Assembly (NCBI RefSeq): GCF_009914755.1 | Contig: NC_060930.1 | Strand: one strand, 5' to 3' | Origin: the human T2T-CHM13v2.0 reference genome, Homo sapiens | DNA length: 64,000 bases | In this document: in pieces, positions 13,480 through 32,063 of the stretch | Layout: each line of letters starts with the position of its first letter | Numbering within the stretch: position 1 is the first letter of the stretch | Notes under the pieces: model-generated | What the model was told of the DNA's origin: nothing | Database searches by the model: none | Seen by the model: only the letters and a program-made list of their open reading frames with translations | Position numbers and translations under genes: made by a program

Positions 13480-13745
13480 ATCAATTCTTCAAGACCCAGC
13501 CTGATATCACCTCCATGAAACCATCTCAGACACTTCTGAGCCCCAACACCAAGCTGGTTGGGTGGTGTGCTCAATAACTCCAGTGTGTTTTGTTTTTCTC
13601 TGTGGTGGAACCACCCTGTCACATCATTATCCTTTGGCTATGGGTCTCCCTGATTAGACATCACTCTGTCATCATCTCTGCAGAGCTAGCACCCAGCACA
13701 CTGTTGGGGGCTTAACAGGGCTTACTGATTGTTTACTGGATGAAC
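13480..13745 (+). mobile_element. L2 3' remnant
   Basis: cacctccatgaaaccatctc...cagagctagcacccagcac...tgtttactggatga resembles an L2 3' end. Confidence 0.5.
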
Positions 13746-16094
13746 TTTCAAATTATCTATGAATATTAACGAACCATTCATTCTCCATCTGCCATTAGGT
13801 ATTTAAGCAGAACACTGTAATGACAGAGCTCAGGTTTAACATGTGCCAAACTTGTGCTAAAATATACTAATGCTAACAAATGGTGTCCAAGAAGTCAAAT
13901 GGGATCACTTTAAGAAAGAAGAGCATGTGATAATTAATGTGCCAATGTTCTACAAGCATTTTATCATTTTATTGTCCAGTAAGATTCAATTGTCCATAGA
14001 AGCATAGAGTTAATGAAGAAAAATCTGCAAAAGGATTTTATCTTAATGAATTTTAAGACTCCCCTTGGAAATCATATTTGCACTCTTTATTCTTGTAACA
14101 AACCTTTTCCTTCATAAATACTGCAAATAACATGTCAGAATTACTGTGTCCAAAATACCACAATGTCTAATCTAGAAAAGTCTAAATTGATATTTTATTA
14201 TATGAAGAAAGATAATGGGATGAAATATTATTTTAATGTAAATTAGTAAGGAAAGGAGAAAAAAAGGAAAAGCTAATAGATGTGGCCTAAAGACTTTTTC
14301 CTCCCACCTCTTCTTCAGCCATATTTAGATTCCGCTACATTTTAGCCTTACACTAGAAGAGTTTGTTAAAGGATACATTTTTAACCCTAAATTCTCACAT
14401 TTAAAAAAAGGCTAAGTTAGCAGCCCTCCTCATTCTTTCGTCTTTGATTAAGTACCTTTTCTCTCTAACTTCTGAGGATAAACACAATCAAAATATAGTG
14501 AGGTTTGGGTTTGTTGCTTTGTTTGTTTTGTAGAAACCAAACTGTGCATTAGCTCTAACTTCCATTCAACACATTCAACACAAAATCTTTTAAGGATACA
14601 CCAACAGTCACTATACTTGGTTTTTATTTTTGAGCATCTAGTCCCAAGATTCTTCGGAGGGCTGAGACATGATTACACTTGACATAAGTTCACTAAATTA
14701 ACAAACCAGCTGTTGCCTTTAAAGCATGTCAGAGATTTCAGTGGAGTGTTAAGAGTTGCATTCTGTTACAGCTAATAAATTTTCAAGTTCACGTATTGCC
14801 GGGTTTCAGTTAAAATTAAATATCAAATTCACAATTGTTGGACTAAACACAGTTTGTATATCACCTTTTGAACCACTGCCTGTATAAGTCTAACCCAGCT
14901 GCTTTTTTGTCTCTAGTATTTGTTCTTTGTAACATTCATATTCTGGTAAGTGCGTGGGAAGCACAAGAGACCTGTGTTCCACTCACCACGACATGATTTG
15001 TGTTATCCAGCAGATAACAGCATGGATGGCCAAGGCAGCACCTAAACCACTGAAATGAACACTTTGTTTTCCCAGCACAGATTTCCCAGACATCCCCCAC
15101 CATGCAGGATCTCCCTGCCTGATTGCTTAAACCCCAACACCAACCAAAAAACATGACCTCAGGCTTATGCAGGCAATCTGCTCCAAAACACTGCTTCGCT
15201 CAAATAGTAACACCCACTACCTCCACCTAAAAACAGCTTTTTGGCACAACCTGGCTGGAAAAACAGCTGAAAAATATTTAAATCCAGTATTTAAGTAGCT
15301 TAGAGGATTACTAGTAGGATAAAGAGTTTTTCTACTCTAGGTGTCTGATTCAGTGACAAATTTGGTTGATAGTGAGTGGAAATCCTGGTTGATGGTGAGT
15401 GTGAAAGTCATTATTACTTCCTTACGGGTCTTCTCTGGCCTGATCATTCCCCTTGGCTTCTGGCTCCTTCCCTGGGTCCCTTTACAAGAAGTCTCACAAC
15501 TATGAGATAATAAAAATATCTCTAAAGAACATTTGAATGTTGGTCACAAATTCCACATGAATTTTATTCTGCTTTCTCGTTAGTCTCTGTAGTTTTCGTA
15601 CATTTCTAAACTCTCTGGCCCAGCCAGGTTTAAATGCTTGAAATCCCAAGATTCCTATCAAAGGAATGGCTTCTCCATTTATTTTGTGGCCTGGACACAT
15701 AAAGGCCACTCACAGTCAAAGACATACATTTAGTGGTTAAAAGCTTGGAGGCTGAAATCAGACTCTGAGTTCAAACCCAATCTTAGCTGTTTCCTGTGTG
15801 CCCTTGACAACCTGCTTCATCCACTTTCTAAGAGGCAGGGCACGTACCTTCTGACAGTGTTCCAAGGGGACAGCAATGTTTATTGAGAAACACCTCTAGT
15901 GGAGAAACAACAGGCCCTGTCCATCCCCCTTCATTCTGCTATAGATAATTGTCAGGGATAAACAGAGCTAAAACATTGTGACGTAGCCTACATTTATCTT
16001 TTATACCTACCCACCTCTCCTATTCCCTCCACTCTTCAAAAATCTCTTTCCTTTTCCTCCCTTCAAATCTCCAACTTGAAAATATCAGATTCTA

Positions 16095-16380
16095 GGCTGG
16101 GCACAATGGCTCACGCCTGTAATCCCAGTACTTTGGGAGGCAGAGGCAAGCAGATCGCTTGAGCCTAGGAATTCAAGACCAGCCTGGGCAACATGGCAAA
16201 ACCCCTGTCTCTACAAAAAATTAGCCAAGCATTGTGGCACATGCGTGTCATCTTGGCATCTCAGGAGGCTGAGGCAAGAGAATCGCTCGAGCCCAGGAGG
16301 CAAAGGTTGTAGCGAGCCGAGATTGCACTACTGCATTCCCACCTGAGCCACAGAGTGAGACCCTGTCACAAGAAAAAAAG
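16095..16380 (+). mobile_element. AluJ-like element
   Basis: Alu dimer with J-type cgcttgagcctagga...cctgggcaac. Confidence 0.9.
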
Positions 16381-16587
16381 AAAAGAAAAAAGAAAGAAAA
16401 GAAACGAGAAAAGAAAGGTGGGGAAGGGAGGGGAGGGGAGGGGAAAAGAGGAGAGGAGAGGAGGGGAGGGGAGGGGAGGGGAGGGGAGGGGAGAGGAGAG
16501 GAGAGGAGAGGAGAGGAGAGGAGAGGAGAGGAGAGGAGAGGGACAGAAAGGAAAAGAGAAGGGAAGGGAAGGGGAGGGGAGGGGAGA
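16370..16587. repeat. Polypurine microsatellite (AAAAG)n/(GGGGA)n/(GGAGA)n grown from the Alu tail
   Basis: About 215 bp almost entirely A/G. Confidence 0.93.
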
Positions 16588-16721
16588 CCAGATTCCTAAA
16601 AACCTGATTTGTCATTCATAGTTTAGTATAAATACAGGCTTAACCTTTCCAGGATGTATTTGATTTGTAAATGAGGAGCTTCTTAACCAATAAGTAACTT
16701 AACTAATAAGTTCAAACTCTG

Positions 16722-17213
16722 ATTATATTAGCCAGGATCCTAACAGACAGCAGCAAATATGTTCAAATTAAGATAATTCAAGGAGAGATCATTTACAAAG
16801 GGACTGATTACAAAGTCATGAGTGGACAAAAGGGAATCACAGGAATAATGCAGAGGCCTGGAGCTAACAGCAGCAGATCTGCCCCTCTCCTAGGCCCAAA
16901 GGGACAAAGGAGGGAAGAAGTTACTAGAACCTAGAAGTCAAGTTACTTAGCATTGGCTTTCTTGAAAGGAAATATAACCTTAGTCAAGGTGAACAACCAG
17001 TCCAAGACATCTTGAAAAGGCCAAGGAACAGAAACCTTGACCTCACTGTCTGCATTCCTTCCAATCTCCTGCCAGGGATCCCCATTGGCTGAGCCCAAAG
17101 GTAGCCAGAAGGCAGCAAAGCCCATCACTGCAGTCCGTGCAGGTGGCCCTGGGGTAGAAAACAGTCTGCAGAAATATGGAGAGTAGAAGCAGAAGATAAA
17201 ATGGAATATCTAA
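16722..17213 (-). mobile_element. Old MaLR LTR (MLT1K-like)
   Basis: ccaatctcctgccagggatccccattggctgagcccaa...gccagaaggcagcaaagccc is MLT1K-like. Confidence 0.6.
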
Positions 17214-18536
17214 CAGAAGGGCTAGGAGACATTGTGGGCAAGATAGTTTCCTTCATCTGCTCCCATTGCAATCGCCTCTGCTCTTATCATCGCCTCCAAT
17301 AGATTCCAAAGTCAGCAACTTGGCACAGAATTTCTGAAGTTTTTATGTTTGCAAAGAAGTAAAACACTATATATCCTCTTCACCCCACTCCCCCACCCTA
17401 CCCCCACCGCCTTCCTCAAAGTTTAAAAACAAAAAATCTGGTTTCGACCATCAGGTGAGTAAAGTAACTGAGAAAGGCACTACTCCTTTGACACACACAC
17501 GCAGCTTAAAACCAGCATCTCTCCTGGAAAGGCATTTCTTGAGTAGTCATATAACTCCAGGCTTTGGGTGGAAGCAAGGAAACAAGCAGAACATAAATTT
17601 AACAGAGAAAATGAACCTGAGAGTCCAATTCAAATCTCAGGAAAAGGACGCTTTGTATGGAATCGGAGACTGTGACTCACACTTCAGGCAGGATATGGAA
17701 GCAGAGAAAGAGACCCAACCTAAGCACACACACCATGTAAATCCTACTTTACTGTCAGTTCACATCTGAAGGTCAGTTCCAAATGCATTTTGCAAATAGC
17801 ATAAAGTGGAAAAAAAAAAGAAGGCAAAAAATAAAAAGAGTTGGCAGTGTGTTTATTGGAGTGGTCAATGTTATCTGTAAGCAAATGGGTCAGCAGGGTG
17901 TCCAAGAATTACCAATGCATTAAGGCAGATATAAGCAGCTGGCTCACCCTTGTACTGGGTGAAGGTAATTTTCTAGAACATGGGCAATACACCCTTAGTT
18001 CTGCTCTTAGCTGAACATGTAGGGGGGTGAGGCTGGGTTTGGAAAAAATGTACTAAATTGGTTCTTTTATGGCTTCAAGACTGGCCATCTATGAGACACA
18101 ATGAAAATTAATTTGTAACCCTGGAGAACTGTTTTTTTAGGATGTATTTTTGGATTGCAGCTTGTCTAGCTCTGAATGGAAAACACAAAATTACATTAAG
18201 ATAACATAAATGTACAGGATATAGAACCACCCCTGTTAGGAATTTGTGATCAACATTCAGATTTTCCTCTGAGACATTTTAAACATCTTTATGCTGCAAG
18301 ACATAGTTCTACAAAGGGACATGCGTAGTCAGAGATACAAGTCCCACAGAGTCTTTCACTGAAGGAACTAAAACTCCATCGTTCTTTTCAAGAAATTTGA
18401 CCTTGGTTCTTCTTTTTGCTGAGGCAGAGTAGGACACTAACTTGAAAAGAATCACATGTCTTACGCTGCTGTTGATAGCCTCTCTGTCCAAGAGCAAAAT
18501 TTCTTTTCAGATGGTTCCTCTTCTTCCCCTTGATAG

Positions 18537-18660
18537 AGGGGTAAGTTTCTGATGCTGACTGGCACCTTACCGTTCACATTGGAGATATTCAGTATTGAGC
18601 AACTCTATCAGAAGATGGTGATTGGTGCAATCAGCAATGTCCTACCTGAAATCTCCTTTG
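18537..18660 (+). pseudogene. HUNK-like pseudogene exon 5
   Basis: Acceptor cttcttccccttgatag|A GGG GTA AGT, then a 4-nt deletion, then MLTGTLPFTLEIFSIEQLYQKMVIGAISNVLPEISF G|gtaatt (cf. GVNMYAMLTGTLPFTVEPFSLRALYQKMV). Confidence 0.92.
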
Positions 18661-19663
18661 GTAATTTACTGTGGTCTCTAAGTTTGGTAGCGAAGCTCAA
18701 GAACAACAAAATGGCCAGCTTCCAAGAGCACACAGCATCTTGGGTTACTTTGGGGACTTCTCCATTTTTTTTTTAAGAACCCAATATGAATCTTATCCAG
18801 GAAAATCTGTATCCCAATATGGCAGCAATAGCAACCCACAATATTCATTTGAGATATTTTGAGGTAACAGCACCAAGGGTTTTATAAGAACACGAGTGCT
18901 ATTGAGATAACCAGTGGCTTCAAATACCAGTCTTATTGGTGTACAAACTGAAGATAACTGTGTTACAGTCAGGAAGCATTGCTGATATTGCTGTTGCTGT
19001 TGTTTTTCATTAGGATTTATTCAGACAATGCAAACTGAGAATGAGGCAATCCTGATCACCACTATCCATACTATCTCTGAAAGGCTGCCATTTTTACTTA
19101 AAGGTCTTCATGTTGAACTTTCTGACGAAAAAAGAATGTACAAGACAGGTGACAAAAATTACCTAAGAATTCACTAGCTCAAATTCTCTCTCAAAGAAGA
19201 ATGAGCAAATGAAATGGAAAATTGAGAGGCACATGAACAGTGGAATAAGTAATCTGTGGAGCTCTTTTATGATTGCTCTTGTGTGAGAGCTTTATAATAT
19301 CAGCCAAAACTATTCTGTCTTTCTCCCTCCCTTCATCTCCTCACTCATTCATATATGATCTTTCCAGAACAAAGTCTTTCAAAATTTAAGTGTCTAAAAT
19401 AGACACTCACCCTTTCACAAGACATGCTTAAGTTTGTTTAAATATAAGTGGTCAACAAAGTGCCAAAGATAGAAATTGTATAATGGGCAAAGTTTTGTTT
19501 CAACAGGAAAAAAAATGCCCTTGAGGGAATCTAAGATCAATGTTCTAAAAAAGTGACAAAACCTCAGTGTTTCTTTCCTCAAATTTTTAGTCTGGATTTC
19601 CCTAGAGAATGCACAAAACCTGAGGGTTTTTTCCTGAAATTTTTAACCTGGATTTCCCTTTAG

Positions 19664-19794
19664 AAACTGAGTTTCACGCATTCCTTACCGGAGCCTGACC
19701 TGCACAGCCTGCTACAGAGGAAGCAATGAGAGACAAATGGCTAAACAAAGGTAGTAATGGGAAACAACTGAGTTCTTTTATGTTACAAAAACAG
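19664..19794 (+). pseudogene. HUNK-like pseudogene exon 6 (subdomain XI and linker)
   Basis: Acceptor ttccctttag|. With three frameshifts it reads SFTHSLPEPD..PATEEAMRDKWLNKG..YKN AG|gtaatt (cf. SFLRSLLEPDPVKRP..NRWLN..YPNR). Confidence 0.82.
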
Positions 19795-22700
19795 GTAATT
19801 AATTCTCTCCTTTTCTATCTCTTATTAACCATGACTTGTGCACTCACTTTGTTTTAGTTTCTCAGTACCACAGGGATAGGTTTTAGCCAAACTGGAAATA
19901 TCTGTCTTAATAAAGGTCTACCATAGGCTTATTGAGAGCTGGTCTGTTTTTAATATTGAAAATACAAGCTGTATTTTCATAGAATGTCCACATGGACAAA
20001 TTTCCTGTTCTTGATTACACCGTGTGGTTTGGGTTCTACACTAAGCCTAGATTAAGAGATTTAATCATTTTTGTTTTTAGAAGAAGAGAAGAAAGGAACC
20101 AAATTCCACTTCTTTTCCTACCTAGATTTAAGATCATGGTATACTTAAGACATTTACAATCCAGCCCTGTATTCCATAAACTTTAGTCAAAGGTCAATAC
20201 TTTAATAATCCACACTATTGTCCAGAAAAAAATTTATCCTTGGAATTTTCTTACATTTATAAAAGATTATTGATTTTATCTTAGGTCTTGGGTTAAAAAA
20301 ATGAGACGAAAAAAACTTTATGAGATACCTCTCTCTTGCACAGGTGTGTGCATTTTTAAATCTGCCAAAAAAACTTCCAATGTATTACCAACAATAACAT
20401 CATTTGCTTATTATAATGACATTCCTTTCAAGAAAAGCCCTGAAATGACTTGACTAAAATTTTGAAAATGCTGGAGGGTAAAGAAGACCCTTTTACTTTT
20501 GTTTCAGACATTTTCAACTATAATAGGCTAAAACTTTGAAGATTTTAAAGTACAATTAGTCTCCAACTTGCAAACACTAGGTGAAGAGTGATCCACCTCC
20601 CACCCCTCTCCTTGCCACCCGTTTTGGAAATCTTGAAACTTTTAGAGAAACTCTGGGGTCATACAAAAAAGAAACCATGCAGTGCAGAAGGAGTTCTGCC
20701 TAGGGTTTCTCAGATGCTGCCTCTGCAGGATCCAGAAGAGCAGAGGCTGCAGACTGGTCCCCAGTGGAGTCTGCTGGCATAACCTGGAGTGACCCACAGC
20801 AAGCAGGAAATGTCATTGAACTCCAGTGGTCTATTAAACGAGTACACACTCTATAACTTATACTTCTGTAATTGTCTTAATATTTAAATATTTTAAATTG
20901 CCATAAAGAAAATTGACACTCCAGGAAGATAAACCACATCTTCTATCCAGGTTGATGAATAGGTGCCCTGTTTTAGAAGCAAGACCTCTATGCCTGCTCT
21001 GAAGAACAGGCTGCTATTTCTTACGAAGTACTTCTCCTTTCCAAACGGTACTAACTTCCTCCTCAGTTTCCCTTAAATATATCATTTCACTTCCTTAAAC
21101 TGTCTAGAATTCTGCTAATTAAACATTTATTTGACCCCCTTTTCAATTCTACCACTGGAAAAATTAAGGACTACTAATCATTGATATGGTCATGTGTAGA
21201 AATTCCATCAAATTGTTTGCCTGCTAATATCTAGAGGGAAACAGCTGCTGGTAGGATACTCAATGCTAAACTTGCAGTTTCAGGGAAAGGAAAACTATAT
21301 AATTGTTGTAGTCCAAAAGCCCCAAGGATAACAGAGCTGCGGAATAAGCAAGGGTGCACAAAAGGTGGTAGGGAAGTGACGGCTCCAGAAAGCACATCCA
21401 TTTGGAAGTTCCAGTGGAGTTAATCTTGTACCCTGCAAAGGATGAAGAAATCTTCTATCTCCTTCACTTCCTCCTGCACCATACGTCCCCCATTTCCACA
21501 ACCTAGAACACATGGTAGTATAATAGGCATTTTGAGTCTACTAATAGCTAGCATTAAGTATATTTGATTGGGTTTGTCTAAAAACTGCTATGGCATTTAT
21601 AGCATTATATGGAGAAATTAGCAAAAGTTCCAGACAACTAATTTATACATGAACTTTTGGAACACAATTTATTTCACGAGGTAGATTCTGTCCAAGTAAA
21701 TCAAACTGTTCTACAACCATTTATGAAAGCCTATAAACAGCTAACAAATGTCTGAGCTGACTGGATTCTGGAAAGAAAAAAGAATTAAATTGAGGAGCTA
21801 TATACTTCCTTCAAATTCCAGTACTTTTCCTCCGTGGAAAATAACCAGTGAATGGCAAGGTTCACAAGAGAGGAGTGGGAGTATCAGGCAGATGTAGAAG
21901 TCATCAACTAAGTGAACTTCAAGAAAACCCAAAGGGTCTTATAAACCCCCACTCCCAACGCCAGTGTTAGGTCCAATAGGACCTTAAACTATCAAAGAAT
22001 AATAGGAAGGCTAGCTCATTTATAAAGCTTGTCAGTGGAGATTTCATCATCTTCACCAATTCATGCAACTATCAAGATATGCATTTCCAAGCTCATCAAC
22101 TTTAGCTGGAAAAAAATAATATCTAATAATTATGGAGTGTTGCCCATGTACCGGGCACTGTGCTAAAGTATCATCCATATACAACAGTGCTGTAGATGCT
22201 CATTCATCAGTTAGATTAATCCCAGAATCCTCTGGAATTCTGACAAAGCAGTAATTAAGAGTGAAAAATTAAGTAAAATAGTCACACAATTAGTAAACTG
22301 AGATAGAATTCCAGTCTCAAACAATCTGAGCCCAGATTTTGTGTTCTTAAGCACTCATTTGTGCTGCCCAGAACCAAAACGAGAAACCAGATTGCTGGCT
22401 CCCAGAGTGTTCCTCCCTTCCCACATGTCATGGGTGACCATCATCCTGTGAAACTCCACAGCCTGGTCCCAAGACTCTTAATGTTCCATGAGTTATGGCT
22501 ACAGGTATATTGCCTCAGATTAGTGGTGCAGAGGGCTTATGGGGCTGACTGGATTCTACTCAGGGCAACAGGTCAGGATCAAATAGCCCAAGAGGACAGT
22601 TTTGGGCACATTACTGTCCCTTACCTCTCTACACATGCAGGTGCATCTCCAAATATGATGCCTTTGCAAATACACTTTATATTCCCAGTATACTGCAAAA

Positions 22701-23343
22701 GTTAAAAGATATAACTTGCCACAGTAACCAGCTACAATTAATATCAAGAATGTTTATATTTAACTTAAGCCCTCTTTCTTCATTACAAGTCCTAACTATA
22801 GACACCTCTACTCAGTAGAGATGAACCAGCGATGCATAATTTTCTATTACTTCTCAATACAGATCCTTTACATTCAAGGATTTTATTTTCAAATACATTT
22901 AAAAGTTGCCATACATTAAAAAGACTTAAAGAAAAGATACACTGAGAGTACCTTCAGCATATTGTGGGAACACGGTGATGAACCACTGTTTCCAAGTGAT
23001 GAACTTCTCTAGTGCATGCCCAGTAACCCAACATAAGAATCACCAAGGAGCTTGAGGCCATTCAGATGGCCCCAGTAAACACTGCAACTCTGATGGTAAC
23101 TTATTTTACAATATGTTTCCGGGTTGTCATTTTCTTTTCAGTGTCAATAATCATATTGCTAAAAGTCCTTTATTCTAGGAATCATCTATCTCAGTAAGTT
23201 TTTTAAAAAAAATGTAAAACTTTTTGCAGAAAAATTTTACACCATACTGAACAACTTTAAAAGGAAGCATAGAAAACTAGTTTATTTGAATCATAAGTTT
23301 ACTTTCATGTGCTCAGATAAAGTTATTTTCCTTGGCATTTCAG

Positions 23344-23496
23344 ACTCCAGCCTTTGAACTTCATTGCAAACACCATGGAATTTGGCCTTTCAGAAATTGC
23401 CAGTGTCCTGGTGAATAACAAGCCTTCTCCTATCACGGATTTGTACAGCTATATTAAAAATTAGTCAAATATCAAAAGGAACACCAAAGCTTGTAG
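23344..23496 (+). pseudogene. HUNK-like pseudogene exon 7 (UBA-like domain)
   Basis: Acceptor ggcatttcag|A CTC CAG CCT..., translating as LQP-LNFIANTMEFGLSEIASVLVNNKPSPITDLYSYIK/LVKYQKEHQSL*|gtaaaa. It aligns to the HUNK UBA region with a deletion of about 7 codons and a frameshift. Confidence 0.75.
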
Positions 23497-24374
23497 GTAA
23501 AATGTCATCTTAGAATTGCATTTTGAACTTTGGGAGCAGTAAAAGGCTTGACAATTAAAATGTCAGAGCGGTCTTATCAAAAAATATCTTCAGATATTAT
23601 TTCTTTCCTTTTTTTGTTTTTCATAGAATCAAATGGAGACCTAGCCACATACACAGACAGGCAGGCACACACCCACACATGTGTAGTTCATTAAATGAAA
23701 TGCAATAATATGGAAATTGGGTGTAGTTTCATTTAGCTCATATCCATATTTAGATTTATAAATGTGAAATTTGGACTAGGACTTTCCCAGACTAGGAGGT
23801 TTTAACATGGTTTATTCTGCCAGTATTGGAAGGTTTACTACGAGTGGTATGTTTGGTGAATGTAAAGACATTCAGCAACATATATGATGAGGAAATTGTA
23901 ATATTTAGAATCAGAAGATTTAGTTAGGAACTCAGCTCTACCATAGAAGTGACACATAAAAAAATTATTTCTTTTTTTGAGACTCAATTGCTCATCTGTT
24001 AAATGAGAATTAGAGTCAAAGTATAGTTGATTCTCATTATTCATCATCGTTTCTTATAAAGACTCCATGAGCACTGAATTAATAAATACTAAAATATTGT
24101 TCCTTGGGGAAATACAAGGTTAGGTTCCAACAAATCTCTGGTCACATTTTTATCAACTAATCAGTGCATAACCTTATTTGGTGTGTGTTTCTGCTTAAAA
24201 ATACATTATCTAATATTCATTGTTGATTTGTTAACATTGAACTCATGACAACAGCACTATAACTCAGGCTTGAATGAAGCTATCTAGCACACATATTTTC
24301 TCCATGAGGCACATCACTGTTTTCTTGCCCTTAGGAACATCAGACAGCACTTCAGCACTACTCCTGGGGGCCAT

Positions 24375-30350
<5,976 letters not shown>

Positions 30351-32063
30351 GTACTGTTCCATCTTTATGTCCATGTGTACCTTATGCTTAGCTCCCACCT
30401 ATAAGTGACACTCAAAATTTTCACTGCTCTGTGCATTCGCATGTCCATGAATGACCATGAAAGCACCACAAGCATTGATTTGAGTGTTACAAATAAATTT
30501 TAGCAAACGGGAAAATTTTCTAATATGGGATCCACAAATAATAAGCACCAATTGTATATCAATTAGTTCATTACTGGTTAAGTTAGCTAATGGTTAATGT
30601 ATAAGAAAATTCCTTGATAAACAATAAAACATTAGAAAATTGTCTAAGCTCCTTGACTGTGCTAGTCATCTTTGATTCTTTCAACATTAGCAAAATGACC
30701 ACAATATCATAGACTCTCAATAAGCAATTGTTGAGTGAATAATGCATGTGACTTATGCCTCAAGTTTCTGACAATCTCCATAGGGAAGCATCGCAAAAAC
30801 ACACGGGAAGTCACACAGAGTTAGGGGATAATACAAGGCAGCGGTTGAAGATATTCTGAGCCCAATTTCTCATTTCAGATACTAAATTCTGAATTACTTG
30901 ATTCTTTCCATTCTTGGATCATGGTTGTACAGTCTGTGGTACCTAAAAGGAAGTATTGGCACCTGATTTGCCTAGGTGGCATGGATACTTGAGTAAGCTA
31001 AAAGCGAAGGCCACATCTTCACCTCTGGCAGGAACCAGAGAAAAGCATATTCACAAGAAAGACCCCAAGCCCCTTTAGCACCATACTCACTTTGTAGCCC
31101 TCCCCACACATCACTTCCTCTGTCTCAAAAATTTTCCCAATTCTTTTACCAGCTGTAAACTGCCAAAAACCGAAATGTCAGGGTTCTTTTCTATAGCCTC
31201 TTAGGTTAAAATAACTTTCCCTTCCTGACTCCCTCTTTGCTTAGCAAATCTTCTTATTGGTTTTCAATCTTTTCTTTCAAAACCATCATAACTGGAGCTT
31301 CTCTACAGCTTGATAGTTAAAATCAGGCAGGCAGCAAATTGCCAGACAAAGAAAGGGTTTTATAACATCCAAGGCACATATGCAACAAGAACTTCTCAAA
31401 TTGGGAAAGAACAGAAACTAAAATTTGGCCCACAGCTGATTTGTTCCCTAGAGAATTTTCTTATTCTTTTATCCAGAACTGCTTTTCCAACTATAGAATT
31501 TACTCTCCTTCCACCCTAACCTCGCCCCTAAATTGAAATTCTGCAGGTTTTATTTCTTTGACTCTTGGGACACTCCTTTAAAATTTGAAAACTGAAAAAT
31601 TGATACCATTCTTTGTACTAAATGTCTAAGGTAGAATCTTTGTCTCATTTGTTTAATGTGTCCTTGTTAAAAATTACATTGTGCAGAACAGTAACTTTTA
31701 ATTTTACTTATTTATAAGATTCAGATTAATTATAGATTTATTTATTCCTCCTCCTCTTTTTTGCCTTTTCTGGTCAGTATCATCAAAAGTAAAGGAACAA
31801 AATCACCAGCTACCATGTTAACTATCATCATTTGATCCTTTAAATTCAGAACTCCAGAGCAATAAGAGACTATGTGTTCTTAAGTTTAGCATGGACAAAT
31901 TCCAATGCTCACCTATTCCTCTCCATGAAACCTCCTCTATAAGAATTATTTTGTCATTACTTAAGAAAGAAGGAGGAGAAGGAGGAGGAAAAGTAGAAGA
32001 AAGAAGAAGAGTTCGAGAAGCAGCAGGAGGAAGAGGTGGAATAAGACAAACAAAAATATGGAA

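Larger units (their letters stand above)
6819..23496 (+). pseudogene. Unprocessed (intron-containing) pseudogene of a HUNK-like Ser/Thr kinase: kinase domain plus UBA-like domain, at least 7 exons
   Basis: Seven colinear + strand segments with splice-site remnants and compatible intron phases join into one protein: ...KKVGAYLVGKMINKGPFAKVIEGL..GEK|VAIKGISKKKAKQDSYVLKN..MELCLSGNLM..GMVH(K)|GLKIENFLVD..NIKIV|(R)F*LSN..STQGGSPAYAAPELLAHQKYGPKVDVWF(I)|GVS..MLTGTLPFT..LYQKMV..|..EPD..KWLN..YKN(R)|..SEIASVLVNNKPSPI... This matches HUNK-family kinase subdomains I-XI as I remember them. It has several stops and frameshifts. Confidence 0.93.

Noticed and set aside
15363-15408. 23-bp tandem duplication (tggttgat(a/g)gtgagtg)
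   Set aside because: Two short copies only, typical of slippage, with no functional cue.
16328-16621. Pro/Ser/Leu-rich and Arg/Gly/Glu-rich ORFs on opposite strands
   Set aside because: They are translations of an Alu end plus a purine microsatellite.
17303-17454. Exon-like segment with a possible acceptor and a strong donor CAG|GTGAGT
   Set aside because: It has no kinase similarity, exons 4 and 5 join without it, and splice motifs alone are not enough without transcript data.
18537-18546. Consensus donor GGG|GTAAGT four bases after an acceptor
   Set aside because: These bases are the Gly-Val-Ser codons of kinase exon 5. At most this is a cryptic site.
22361-22705. 114-aa ORF in non-repeat sequence within intron 6
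   Set aside because: It has a non-ATG start, no recognisable domain and no splice support, so it is consistent with chance.
6819-23496. Calling this locus the functional HUNK gene or a processed HUNK pseudogene
   Set aside because: It has introns and many disabling lesions, and its residues differ systematically from HUNK as I recall it, so no gene symbol is assigned.
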